The position numbers and the translations under genes are program-made. 39,075 nt of DNA from assembly GCA_937931775.1 (NCBI GenBank), contig CALHAQ010000010.1, forward strand, positions 1-39,075. Reading direction: 5' to 3'. Origin of the DNA: an uncultured Candidatus Altimarinota bacterium. Lineage in GTDB: Bacteria; Patescibacteriota; Gracilibacteria; BD1-5; UBA6164. Below are positions 22,772-33,327 of this stretch, piece after piece (the first letter of the stretch is position 1; the number at the start of each line of letters is the position of its first letter). The notes beneath the pieces are model-generated. The model saw nothing but the letters and a program-made list of their open reading frames with translations. It was not told the DNA's origin and did no database searches.

Positions 22772-22806
22772 TGACTCCTAAAAGAAATTTTCAGGAGTTT
22801 TTTATT
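22772..22806 (+). terminator. second terminator-like hairpin of the tandem leader
   Basis: ACTCCT (22774..22779) / AGGAGT (22793..22798), extendable by A-U pairs, then TTTTTT. Confidence 0.45.
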
Positions 22807-22824
22807 TATTTTAAAATTATTATT

Positions 22825-23160
22825 ATGAACAAAAAATTATGAGAAACATGGAAAGAAAATGCTTTACTTCAGACTCAAGAAGTAGCTCCATATTATATGG
22901 AATATATGAAGGAAGCTGTAATTTGTACATTGGAATGAAAATATTCCCTGAGAGAACTAGCAAGTATGGGGCAACAAGTATATGAGAATATTGTAGTTGA
23001 AGAGTCAAATAAAAAGGATGCTATGTATTCTAGATGAGATCTAGGGAGGCCATGAATTATGGATGGATGACCGAATGAAAAGGAGTTGTTTTACCCCGAA
23101 GCCCAAAAATGTAGAAAGATACTTCAGGGTTACGGTTTTCCTAAAATAAGTGACTTATAA
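22825..23160 (+). CDS. hypothetical protein (111 aa)
   Basis: ATG 22825 to TAA 23158 with five TGA=Gly. An in-frame ATG at 22771 would add 18 codons but lies inside the terminator-like hairpin. Confidence 0.5.
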
Positions 23161-23182
23161 AACTTAGCACTAAATCCTTTTT

Positions 23183-23211
23183 GAGAAGTATAAAGTTTCT
23201 TTATACTTCTC
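23183..23211 (+). other. perfect 13-bp hairpin 26 nt upstream of the hisS start
   Basis: GAGAAGTATAAAG-ttt-CTTTATACTTCTC, with only a weak T tract after it. Confidence 0.5.
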
Positions 23212-23236
23212 ATTATATATTTAAATATTATATCTT

Positions 23237-24529
23237 ATGCAACTTTCAACAAATCCACCAAAATGAACCGCGGACTGGTTCCCAGAAGAATATAAAGTGA
23301 GAAAACATGTATTTGATACATGGAGAAGTGTATGCCAGAGCTATTGATTTGAGGAATATTTAGGTCCTCTTGTAGAATCTACGGATATCTGGAAAGCAAA
23401 GAGCTGAGAAGATGTTGGAGGATCCGAACTTACTCAGATTCTTAATCGTGAAGGAAAACAGTCAGGACTCGCAATTCGTCCAGAAATGACTCCCAGCGTA
23501 ACGCGTATGGTAGCAAGTAAGTGGAAGGAAATTGAGAAACCTGTGAAATGGTTTTCTATTGCAAATTTCTATCGTAATGAAAAACCCCAAAAATGAAGAA
23601 ATAGAGAATTTTGGCAACTCAATGCTGATGTATTTGGAGATGAGTCAGAAAACTCAGATATTGAAATACTTACACTCTCACTTGAACTCATGAGAGCATT
23701 TAATCCACCATGTGGAAGTTATAAGCTCAAGCTCAATCATAGAAAACTGATAGATGCATTTTTCTCTGAAGTACTTGGAATAAAGAAAGACAATCAAAAA
23801 AAGGACTTACTCAGGCTTCTCGATAAATATGAAAAACTTCCAAAAGAAGTATTTGAAAAAGATCTAAATAGCCTAGGGATTTCTACTCCTGAACCGATAC
23901 ACGCTTTTATGTCTGCTAAAAATATAGATGATATACAAAAAGAATTCCTTTCTTTAGCTGGAAATAAGAGTCTAGAAGAATTTACACATATTTCTCAGGT
24001 TCTCACAAGTCTCTGATATGATAATGAGATAGAATTTTCAGGAAGTCTGATTCGAGGATTTGATTATTATGATGGAATCATATTTGAAATGTTCGATACA
24101 AATCCAGAAAACCCAAGAGCTCTTTTTGGGGGTTGACGATACAATGGTCTTGCAGATATATTTTGAGTGAAGCAGGGTATTCCTGCAGTATGATTTGCAC
24201 CAGGGGATGAAACAATGAAACTCTTCCTCGAGTGACATGGTCTTATAGAAGATATTCAAAATACAAAACAAGAGACTATATTTGTTCCTCTACTAGAAGA
24301 GGGGCTATTTACAGATATCCAGACTATAGCAACGAAGCTCCGAGCAAAGTGAAAAAAAGTTACAGTAGGACTTGCTCCTCGTAAACTCGGGAAAGCTACC
24401 CAAACTGCAAAGAAAAAATGATATACTCAGATAGTTATCTACTGAGAAGATGAACAAACGTCAGGAAAGTATATTCTAGAAAATCTAAATACGGGAAAAC
24501 AAGAAAAAATCAATTTCCAAAACACATAA
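23237..24529 (+). CDS. hisS: histidine--tRNA ligase
   Basis: 430 aa. [42 protein letters not shown], and FGGGRYNGL (TGA at 24134..24136). Confidence 0.9.
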
Positions 24530-24547
24530 AATATATATACTTATTAT

Positions 24548-24613
24548 ATGAATACACAAACTATAAAACAAATAAAACCTTTTGGAGCTTCTCCTCTGGT
24601 TTTTGTTTTGTAA
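24548..24613 (+). CDS. leader mini-ORF 2, MNTQTIKQIKPFGASPLVFVL
   Basis: Two AAA Lys codons (24566..24568, 24575..24577). Same 13-nt 5' end as mini-ORF 1a. Confidence 0.3.
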   Translation: MNTQTIKQIKPFGASPLVFVL

Positions 24614-24635
24614 TTTGTATATGAATTAAAAGATA

Positions 24636-24666
24636 AAAATTTCAGGAGAAACCCTGAAATTTTTTA
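24636..24666 (+). terminator. intrinsic terminator between hisS/mini-ORF 2 and lysA
   Basis: AAATTTCAGG-agaaac-CCTGAAATTT followed by TTT. Confidence 0.65.
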
Positions 24667-24683
24667 ATAACTAAAATATAATT

Positions 24684-25934
24684 ATGCAAGAGCCAAATTT
24701 TATTACTCCAGAGCTTATTTCTAAAATTCAAGAGAACTATACTACTCCAGTATATGTATACTCAGAAAAAGAACTTAGAATAAGAGCTAGAGAGTTTATA
24801 GACTTCCCATCTGCATTTGGACATACAGTCAGATATGCAATGAAAGCTAATCCTCAAAAAAATATACTCAAGATATTTCATCAAGAATGACTTTTGATTG
24901 ACGCGAGTAGCGACTTTGAAGCAATCAGGGCCATAAGTGCTGGTATCCCTGCAAAAAATATACAGATATCGAGCCAAGAATTAGGAATTCATATGAAAGC
25001 TCTTGTAGAAAAAGGAGTATTTTTTGTAGCGACATCGCTCTACCAGTTAGAAACTTTTGGAAAAATATTTCCAGGATCATCATGTGGAGTGAGAGTAAAT
25101 CCAGGAGTAAACTCTGGAGGATTTGCTCAGATATCTACAGGAGGAAAAAACTCATCTTTTGGTATTTGGCATACAAAGATAGATGAAATAAAAGCTCTTG
25201 CAGAGAAATATGATATTACGATTTCAAAACTTCATTTTCATATTGGGAGTGAAAACACCCCAGAGAGTTGGGTAGATTCTGCTGGACTTGGGTTTGATAT
25301 ACTTAGAGAAATAGAGAGTATTAAGATTTTTGACATGTGAGGAGGACATAAAATGGCTATTATGCCTTATGAAAAAAGTGCTGATCTCAGAGCAATTTGA
25401 GAAGCCGTTTCTAAGAAATTTAAAGACTTTTACAAAGAAACAGGAAGAAAGATTCATCTGGAAATGGAACCATGAAAGTATCTAGTGATAAATAGTTGCT
25501 CTATGATTGTAGAAATCCAAGATATAGTGGATACCGGTCGCGTCTGATATACTTTTCTCAAGACAAATACAGGAATGAATGATATGCCACGAGTCGCTAT
25601 GTATGGAGTCCAAGAACCACTATTTGTAATGAATAACTCGAGTGAGTATGAGGACTACGTCGTTGTCGGACACTGCTGTGAAAGTGCTGATATACTCACT
25701 TCGAAACTTTATGATCAAGAGGTAATAGAACCAAGAAAGCTTAAAAAAGCATCTCACTGAGATATTCTCGTAGTTGACTGAGTCTGAGCCTATAATAGCG
25801 CAATGAGTGTTAAAAATTATAATAGTTTTCCTGAATCAGGAGAGCTGTTACTTAAAGAAGATGGAACTATCGTAGAAATTCGCTCAAGACAAGAAATAGA
25901 AGATATATGGAGAAATGAGAAAGAAGTAATATAA
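24684..25934 (+). CDS. lysA: PLP-dependent Orn/DAP/Arg decarboxylase family enzyme, most like diaminopimelate decarboxylase
   Basis: 416 aa. VRYAMKAN (PLP Lys), HFHIGS, DMGGGH, EPGKY, GHCCESADIL, GVGAYNSAMS. Four track fragments share one frame and are joined by TGA=Gly. Confidence 0.7.
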
Positions 25935-25976
25935 TAATTGACAATTTAATAAATATTTTTATTATTAACTTTTATA

Positions 25977-26519
25977 ATGAATATTATACATATGGCTGTA
26001 GAATATATTTCTCCAAATACCCCCAAAGGAATATCTTATGAACTACCTCCTGCTGATGAAGTTTTAATATGTAAAAGGCTAGAGTTTGAAGATATAAGTA
26101 TATCTCATAGTATAGCTAAAACTATCGCGCAATTTTTAGAATGACAACAACGTTCAGAGTGAATAGAACAAGGTTTTCGTTTGTCCTCTGATACAAATGA
26201 AGTATACCAAGGTGAGGATAGTTATGTAAAATTCACTTTCTCATCTATTCATGGTTTAAAATATAATTTTTTAGTAAATGGAAGGTATAAATATAAACCA
26301 GTTAATATTGAAGATATATGACCTAACGGGAAAATAATAGGAGATAAAATTGCATCCGATCCAATAATATACATTGGTTTTACAAATAAAGATGGTGTAC
26401 AAAATATATGGAGTCTTAACCAGCAGTTATGAAAAAATATGAGAGATCTTAGACTAAGTGTATGAGGAACAAAATCTCAAGTCTTAGAAGATACTAACGA
26501 TTTACTAGATGCAGCGTAA
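25977..26519 (+). CDS. hypothetical protein (180 aa)
   Basis: ATG 25977 (or 25992) to TAA 26517 with TGA=Gly. No family recognised. Confidence 0.5.
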
Positions 26520-26525
26520 TATGAG

Positions 26526-26552
26526 AATCGAGCAAATTTGCTCGATTTTTTT
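26526..26552 (+). terminator. intrinsic terminator
   Basis: AATCGAGCAA-at-TTGCTCGATT followed by TTTTT. Confidence 0.65.
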
Positions 26553-26601
26553 ATGTTTTTAACTATATTATATAAAGTTTAACTTTTTAAATTTGAGATC
26601 G

Positions 26602-27540
26602 ATGAAAAGCCTCCCTTATAAAGATATTCTTCACACAAAACAGTTTGCAAGAGCAGATCTAGAAATGATCTTCGAAACAGCGCGAGATATGGAAAAGATT
26701 ATCTCTTGGGAGTCTCCTGGAAAACTCCTTGATGGAAAGATAATGGCATCACTCTTTTATGAGCCATCGACTCGGACTCGTCTGAGTTTTGAGTCTGCGA
26801 TGAAACGTCTGGGAGGGGAAGTGATTACAGTTTCAGATGGGGAAATGAGTAGTCTCTCGAAGTGAGAATCACTCGAAGATAATGCAATTATCAATGCAAT
26901 GTACTCAGATATACTCGTAATGCGTCATCCTGAATCTGGGAGCGTAGAACAAACAGCAGGAGTAGTAAAAACTCCTGTTATAAATGCTGGAGATGGAGCA
27001 AACCAGCATCCAACGCAAGCGCTTCTAGATGTATATACTATTCTTAAAGAACGAAAGACATTAGATCATTTACATATTGCAATTGTATGAGATTTGAAAT
27101 ATGGTCGTACTACACATTCACTTGTGTTTTTGATGTGATTATTTGAGTGAGTAAGTTTCTCGTTTATTTCACCAGAGGAACTAAAAATGCCACAAAAGGT
27201 AATAGACTTTGTAGAAGAAAAAAAGATACCACATTTAGAGACAGCTGATTATTCAGAAGGAATCAAACAGGCTGATGTACTTTATGTGACGCGTATGCAG
27301 CGAGAAAGATTTACAGATATGAGTGAATACGATAGACTGAAAGATGACTACATCTTGAATCTAAGTATTTTAGAGTGAGCAGAAAAGAGTAATATTACTA
27401 TTATGCATCCACTTCCAAGAGTAAACGAAGTCGCAAAAGAAGTAGATGCTCTTCCAAATGCAGCGTTCTTCCGTCAGGCAGAGAATGGAGTTCCAATTCG
27501 TATGGCACTTCTCTATCTTCTACTTCATGAAAACCGATAA
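26602..27540 (+). CDS. pyrB: aspartate carbamoyltransferase catalytic subunit
   Basis: 312 aa. [33 protein letters not shown]. Start taken at ATG 26602 rather than the track's TTG 26593. Confidence 0.88.
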
Positions 27541-27541
27541 A

Positions 27542-28015
27542 ATGAGACAGAAAATATTTGAGATATTAAATTCTTTAGAAATACAATATACGAATTATCA
27601 GCATGACCCTGTTTTTACCTGTGACCAGGCTAAGGGAGTAGAGATTCCTGGTAAGAGAGTAAAAAGCCTCTTACTAAGAAATAAAAAAGCTACGAATTTT
27701 TATATGATTGTCCTTCCAGATAGTAAAAAACTTGATACAAATATTATCAGGACTATTTTTGCTGACACAAAAATGAGTTTTGCAAGTGAAGAGAGAATGA
27801 TGGAGAAAATCTGACTTAAACCGGGGAGCGTGAGTCCATTTGCGCTAATAAATAATATCGATAAAGATATTCGAGTTGTTTTTGATAAAGAACTCGAATC
27901 AGAGCTTGTAGGTTTTCATCCATTACAAAACGATAATACTATTGTTCTTGATATGAAATCAGTAGAACATTTTCTTGAAAACATAGGAAGTGAGTATATA
28001 TATCATGAATTATAA
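27542..28015 (+). CDS. YbaK/ProX-type aminoacyl-tRNA deacylase (free-standing editing domain)
   Basis: 157 aa. ...KSLLLRNKKATNFYMIVLPDSKKLD...GLKPGSVSPFALIN...VGFHPL is typical of the YbaK/EbsC fold. An alternative ATG at 27527 overlaps the pyrB end. Confidence 0.7.
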
Positions 28016-28039
28016 AAGCTCCTTCGTATAAGGAGCTTT
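28013..28039. terminator. bidirectional terminator between convergent genes
   Basis: Perfect hairpin AAAAGCTCCTT-cgtat-AAGGAGCTTTT. Confidence 0.6.
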
Positions 28040-28042
28040 TAC

Positions 28043-28234
28043 TTATCTAAATATTTTATAATCTCAGACTTTCACATAATTTTCTCCGTTAGGTTTTTTT
28101 GGTCAAATGCTAGATCCTAATAATATGCTTACACCAAAGAAAAGACTAGCTCCTCAGATAATATAGGCTATAAAATCTGGAAACATAATATTTGTGAGTC
28201 CAAATGCTATCAGTATGAGTCCTGTATATTTCAT
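28043..28234 (-). CDS. small membrane protein (63 aa)
   Basis: MKYTGLILIAFGLTNIMFPDFIAYIIGGASLFFGVSILLGSS... gives two hydrophobic helices. TGA=Gly. TAA at 28043. Confidence 0.4.
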
Positions 28235-28244
28235 ATATTTTTAA

Positions 28245-29504
28245 TTAATCATTTATTTCTTGTATATCTGCTCCAAGCTCTTGGAGTTTTCCAAGGAGAT
28301 TATCATATCCTCTATTAATCCAGTAAACATTTTCTACTTTTGTTGTTCCTTGAGCAATAAGTCCAGCTATAACCATAGCAGCTCATGATCTGAGATCCCA
28401 ACTGTTTACAGTATTTCAAATCAGGAGAGTAGGACCAGTTATTTTTGCCTCATGGAGGTTTATAATTCTTGATTTTCATCAGAGCCTTTCATATTCTACG
28501 AGCCAGTTGAGTCGTCATTCGTAGAGCACTTCATGTATTCTACTGGTTCAGTTGCACTGAGTCATCAGGACGCTAAACAGCGGCATAAGATCTGTTGGAA
28601 AGCCTGGAAATATATTTGTTTGTATATTTACTGCTGTGAGATTTTTTGCTCTATAAACCCTGAGAGTATCATTTCAGAGATTTTTTGTTTTGACTCAAGC
28701 CTCATGAAATTTGTAAAGAAATGCTCAAAGATCCTTAATTCTAGCCCTATGGATATCAATATATTTCTCACTTGCGAGTGCGGCTATGATAGCAAATGTT
28801 CCTGATTGAAGATAATCAGAAATAACTTCTTGCTGCAAATCTGTTTTTATATTACGAGTTCCATGGATAATAATAGTATGGTCATAGCGAATATCTATTT
28901 GTACTCCTGCTAATCTAAGGAAATCGATAAGGTTAAAAATATGTGGTTCGAATGCAGCAAGTTCTATAGTAGTATGAGCGTTTCTTGTAGCTGCTCACAT
29001 AATAAGATTTGCTGTTGCTGTAACTGCAAAGTAAGCTGTAACAGTAGTGTTTTCAGATGATCAGGCACCTGTAAACTTGAGCATATCTCAACTTTCCTCA
29101 AATCCATATCACATATCTATATACCCATTAATATGCTCATCTATAGGTCGCTTTCATATCTTATCTCCATGTGGAAATGGGAGATCAGCCCTCTCAAAAC
29201 GAGAAAGGAGACCAGCCATAAAATATATCCCCGCTCTAGTTCGTGCAATTTTACTGGTATCTATATTTTCCAGAGAAATATTACTGGTGTCTATACTTAG
29301 TATATCTCAAGAGAAGTCAGTAATGGCACCTAAGCTTTTATAAAAATGAAGAAAATCATGAACATCAAGTATGTCTGGAACATTTGAAAAAGAGACTCTT
29401 CCTGGAATCAGAAGGGCTGCTGACAATAGAGGGAGAGCAGCATTTTTACTTCATCCGATTATTACTTCTCAGCTAAGGGAAGTTGAATTATTAATATGAA
29501 ACAT
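28245..29504 (-). CDS. murA: UDP-N-acetylglucosamine 1-carboxyvinyltransferase
   Basis: 419 aa. GGSKNAALPLL, KIGKRPIDEH, FPGFPTDLMP, DLRSGAAMVIAGL, RGYDNL. Invisible in the standard-code track because of many TGA codons. Confidence 0.88.
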
Positions 29505-29659
29505 TTTACTGCATTAGATATTACTTATATATGAGTATTATAGTAAGCTCTAATAAATATCAAAACAAAAGCTCTTATTCTCTTTTTTCTTTGACATTAT
29601 CACTAGAGAGAATATTCTTGCAGTAAAGAATATGTCCTAATAATCAAATGATATAAAAT

Positions 29660-31570
29660 ATGTTTAAAACAGATGTGAGAAAATTAGATTTCCAGTGAAA
29701 AAATCTATTAAAAACTTACAGTGTTAATCTTGATGATGATCTAGATTGTATAATAGTTCTGAGTATAAAAGATGAAAAGTTAGGGGATCTACTATATCAT
29801 AAAATTATAGACTCCCTGATAGATAGAGTACACCCTAAAAATGTATATAAAGATTTTTCTAATGCTCTTGAAAATATAAATGCATTTTTGGCTTCTTGGA
29901 AACATGAATGAGAAAAGATTAAAGGTTTGCATGGTATCATAGGAGTATATCATAAAAAGACATTTTTATTTTCTACTGTATGAAGAGCTTCATGTTATTT
30001 ATATAATACTCATAGAGATGTTATAGAAATTACAGATAAAGAAGACACAACCCATGACTTTAGTTTTATTTCTTCAGGAGAAGTAGCTTCGGGAGAATCT
30101 CTTATTCTTTCTACGCTAAGGCTTTTAGATATCCTTTCAAAGGATGATATAAAAGATGGATTATTGTGAGGAGATATAGAAAGATCTTGAGATAATATAG
30201 AGAAGATATTATTCTCAGAACATAGCTGAAAAAATATAGCCCTTGTTTCCTGTAAAAAAGAAATACAAGCGCAAGATCAATGAAGCTGGAATTACCAGAA
30301 AGTATCTCATTACTTTCTTAGAGCCTGTGATAATAGTATTGTAAAAAGTACTCTCTCTCATATATATATACTGAGGGATAAATTATTAGATCAAAGCCTA
30401 CAGGTAAAAAGATTTTTATTGGCTATAGGAGTTCTTATGAGTGCTTTCTTCTTATATACTATTATTTCTGGGTTTCTTTGAGTGGCAAGTAATACAGTGG
30501 GTTCAGAAAAAATGAAAGAATCTTTAATTCTCGCGCAGAATAATATTGTGAATGCGAGTAAAAGTATGAATAATGAAGATATGTTTACTCTGAATATTGG
30601 GGCAGCTGAAGAAATTATTTCCAAACTAGAGTCAGAAGAAATCTTCTTGAATGACGTGGCAAAACTCAAAGATGAAATTGGGATACTACAAAAACAATTC
30701 AATGGTATAGAACCTTTTATTAGTACGAGTGAAAATACTATTTATACATATGAATGATCAAAACAGGTGGTAAAGATTCTTAGTAGGGATAATCAAATAT
30801 TTGTAGTACACAAAGATTCTATTACAGGACCAATACTTAAATGAGAAGACGCAGAAAATGCTATATTTCAAGACCTTCCATCAGGAGAATACTTTATAGA
30901 TGCTACTGTTTTTTGAACGGATATTGTACTTATTACTAATACAGGAAAAGTAGTAAACTTTGCTAAAAATAGTTACTTTAGTTATTCAGATGTACTTGAT
31001 CAAGTAACATGGGAGCTCTCTCCAATTATAAACTCTTTTAATACAAGTTTATATATGCTCTCAGATAGTGGGAATCAAATCTTGCGTCATAAAAGAAAAT
31101 GATCAGACTATGATTCTGGTGTTGCATATCTTAAAGATCAAGATGCAATTGATACAGGTCGTATTCTTTCTCTCGCAATAGATGGGGGGATTTATATACT
31201 CAAACTCGACGGAAGTATAGTAAAACTTTTCCGTTCTCCAGAATATAGACTCGAGTCTCTTGTACTCAATAAACTTCCAAAAAATTATAGTTTCAAAAAT
31301 CTAGATGGAGAAAATCTACCATCTCTGAGAGCCAGAAGAGAACTCAGCTATGTATATATGCTTTTAGACAATAGGATACTTATCTTCAGGCCAAACACGA
31401 CCAATATTAATGATGTAAAATCTCTGCAATATCTTGGTCAGATAGAAGGAAAGGATATTATCATAGAAGATTTTTACGTAGATAATGACGGAGAAATATT
31501 TATTGCAGCGACTCGTTGAGTCTACAGGCTTGAATTTGATGTAAATGATGAAGATATCATATTGAAATAG
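29660..31570 (+). CDS. single-pass membrane protein (636 aa), lineage-specific
   Basis: ATG 29660 to TAG 31568, in frame with track ORF 30482..30757. About 250 N-terminal residues, one TM helix (FLLAIGVLMSAFFLYTIISGFLG), then about 360 C-terminal residues. Confidence 0.6.
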
Positions 31571-31625
31571 TATTTCTACTAGTAAACTTCAGATGGGTAA
31601 ATATAGAATTTCGATAAAACAAAGA

Positions 31626-31656
31626 AAATCTCTCGAGTTATAACTCGAGAGATTTT
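31626..31656. terminator. bidirectional terminator between convergent genes
   Basis: Perfect palindrome AAATCTCTCGAGTT-at-AACTCGAGAGATTT. Confidence 0.65.
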
Positions 31657-32425
31657 ATGTTCTAAAAGTATTTTTTTCTATGAATTCATTTACCTCTTTT
31701 TGTAATTCAGGGGAGATAATCTCATTAGATGAGACAATATTTACATCTTCATCAGCGTCAAAGGCCTCGAGCATTTTTGTAAATTTGAGAGCTTTGTCAA
31801 AATCATCAATTTCCATCTCATTATCTGGAATATAATCAAGCTTTGATTCAAAGATTTCTATATTTTTATCTGAAAAAAATGTTTCTACACTGTGTAAATC
31901 CTCAGGAGCAGTAATAATTTTCGTATATCAAGCTTCTGAGATTATATCCTGCGCATCTGTATCAAACACAAGTTCTTCTATAGAATCATAGCTATGTATG
32001 TTGGGGTCTATAAAAATAACTCACTTATTATGAAACATCCATGATACGGCACCTGCCTCTCCCATATTTCCTCCATATTTTGAAAATATACTTCTGATAT
32101 TTGAAACAGTCCTATTTTTATTGTCAGTGAGAGTAGAGATAAGGAAAGCTACTCCTCCAGGAGCATATCCTTCGTATACTATTTCTGATATTTGAGCAGC
32201 ATCCTTGTCCTCTCATGTCCCTTTTTTGATAGCTCTATCAATCGTATCGCTTGGAACTCCATCTTTTTTTGCTTTTACAATAAGTCCTGCGAGAGCAGGG
32301 TTATCATCTGGATTTCATCATTTTTGAGCAGCTATGGCAATAAGCTTTGCATGCATAGAAAATATCTTTCACTTTACTGCATTTACTGCATTTTTTCTCG
32401 CTTGTACTACCGGACCTCTTCACAT
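31655..32425 (-). CDS. yebC: YebC/PmpR family DNA-binding transcriptional regulator
   Basis: 256 aa. [13 protein letters not shown] (ATG TGA start)...[31 protein letters not shown]...[16 protein letters not shown]. Confidence 0.85.
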
Positions 32426-32527
32426 ATATGAGATACTTAAAAACTAAATAATTATTTGTATCCTAAGGCTTTTACTGTTCTTGTAAAGCTCCCTTTTAGA
32501 TAACTATCAAAAAATAGTAAAAAACTT

Positions 32528-32555
32528 TTGCAAGAAGCCCCTTTTTATATACAAT
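32528..32555 (+). promoter_or_regulatory. candidate promoter of rplY
   Basis: TTGCAA (32528..32533), 16 nt, TACAAT (32550..32555), 50 nt upstream of ATG 32606. Confidence 0.4.
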
Positions 32556-32605
32556 CTGTGAGCTTTCTTTGAAAAAAAAGAAATTTATTCGTTTTATAAG
32601 AAATT

Positions 32606-33256
32606 ATGGCATCATTTGCAATTACAGCTGACGTTCGTGACGTAAATCAAAAAACATCAGAAATTAGACAGACAAGAAGAGTTCCAGGTATTGTATACGG
32701 GAAGACTCAAGAGCCTATTTCTCTTACATGTGATAGCTCTGAATTTCTCAGACTTCACAGAAAAGCTGGTGAAAGTAATATCATCAACCTCAAAGTTGGA
32801 AAAGTAGATTTAGAAGTACTGGTTCATCAAACTCAAAAGCACCCAGTTTCATGAGAATTTACTCATGTAGATTTCTATGCAATTACTAGAGGTGAAAAAC
32901 TTCAAACAAAGATTCACTTTAATTTTATTGGTGAAGCTGCTGCAGTAAAAGAAGGAGCTATTATAGAAGAATCTCTCAGAGAGATTGAAGTAAAATGTCT
33001 TCCAAGAGATCTTGTAGATCACTTTGATGTGGACATATCTGTTCTTAATGCTGCTGGAGATGCTATTAGAGTATCTGACCTTGGTATTGATACGGAAAAG
33101 TACGAACTTATAACTGGTGAGGATACACTTATAGCTGCTGCTACTCTTCCGAGAGCTGAAGTTGCTGCTGATGATGAAGTGGAAGGAGAAGAAGCAGTTG
33201 AAGGAGAGGAAACAAAAGAAGGAGAAGAAGGTGAAGTGTCATCAGAGGAATCGTAA
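32606..33256 (+). CDS. rplY: 50S ribosomal protein L25 / general stress protein Ctc, with acidic tail
   Basis: 216 aa. ...RRVPGIVYGK...NLKVG...VLVHQTQKHPVSGEFTHVDF. Two track fragments joined by a TGA. Confidence 0.88.
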
Positions 33257-33276
33257 TAACAACTATTGATATTTAA

Positions 33277-33309
33277 GACTTCCTCAATACACTTTGAGGG
33301 AGTTTTTTA
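33277..33309 (+). terminator. intrinsic terminator after rplY
   Basis: ACTTCCTCAA-tacact-TTGAGGGAGT (one G-U pair) followed by TTTTT. Confidence 0.6.
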
Positions 33310-33327
33310 TTTACTTAAAAATAAATC

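Larger units (their letters stand above)
22519..22806 (+). promoter_or_regulatory. tandem mini-ORF/terminator leader upstream of a 111-aa gene and hisS
   Basis: TTGACT (22519..22524), 15 nt, TATCAT (22540..22545), 6 nt, ATG 22552. Two mini-ORFs carry His codons and each is followed by a hairpin plus T-run. Confidence 0.45.
24536..24666 (+). promoter_or_regulatory. mini-ORF/terminator leader upstream of lysA
   Basis: TATACT (24536..24541), 6 nt, ATG 24548. A 21-codon ORF is followed by a perfect hairpin plus T-run. Confidence 0.4.

Noticed and set aside
22771-22824. In-frame ATG at 22771 that would extend the 111-aa gene by 18 codons.
   Set aside because: The extension would consist of the terminator-like hairpin plus its T-run (MTPKRNFQEFFIYFKIII). 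I kept ATG 22825 but cannot exclude the longer form.
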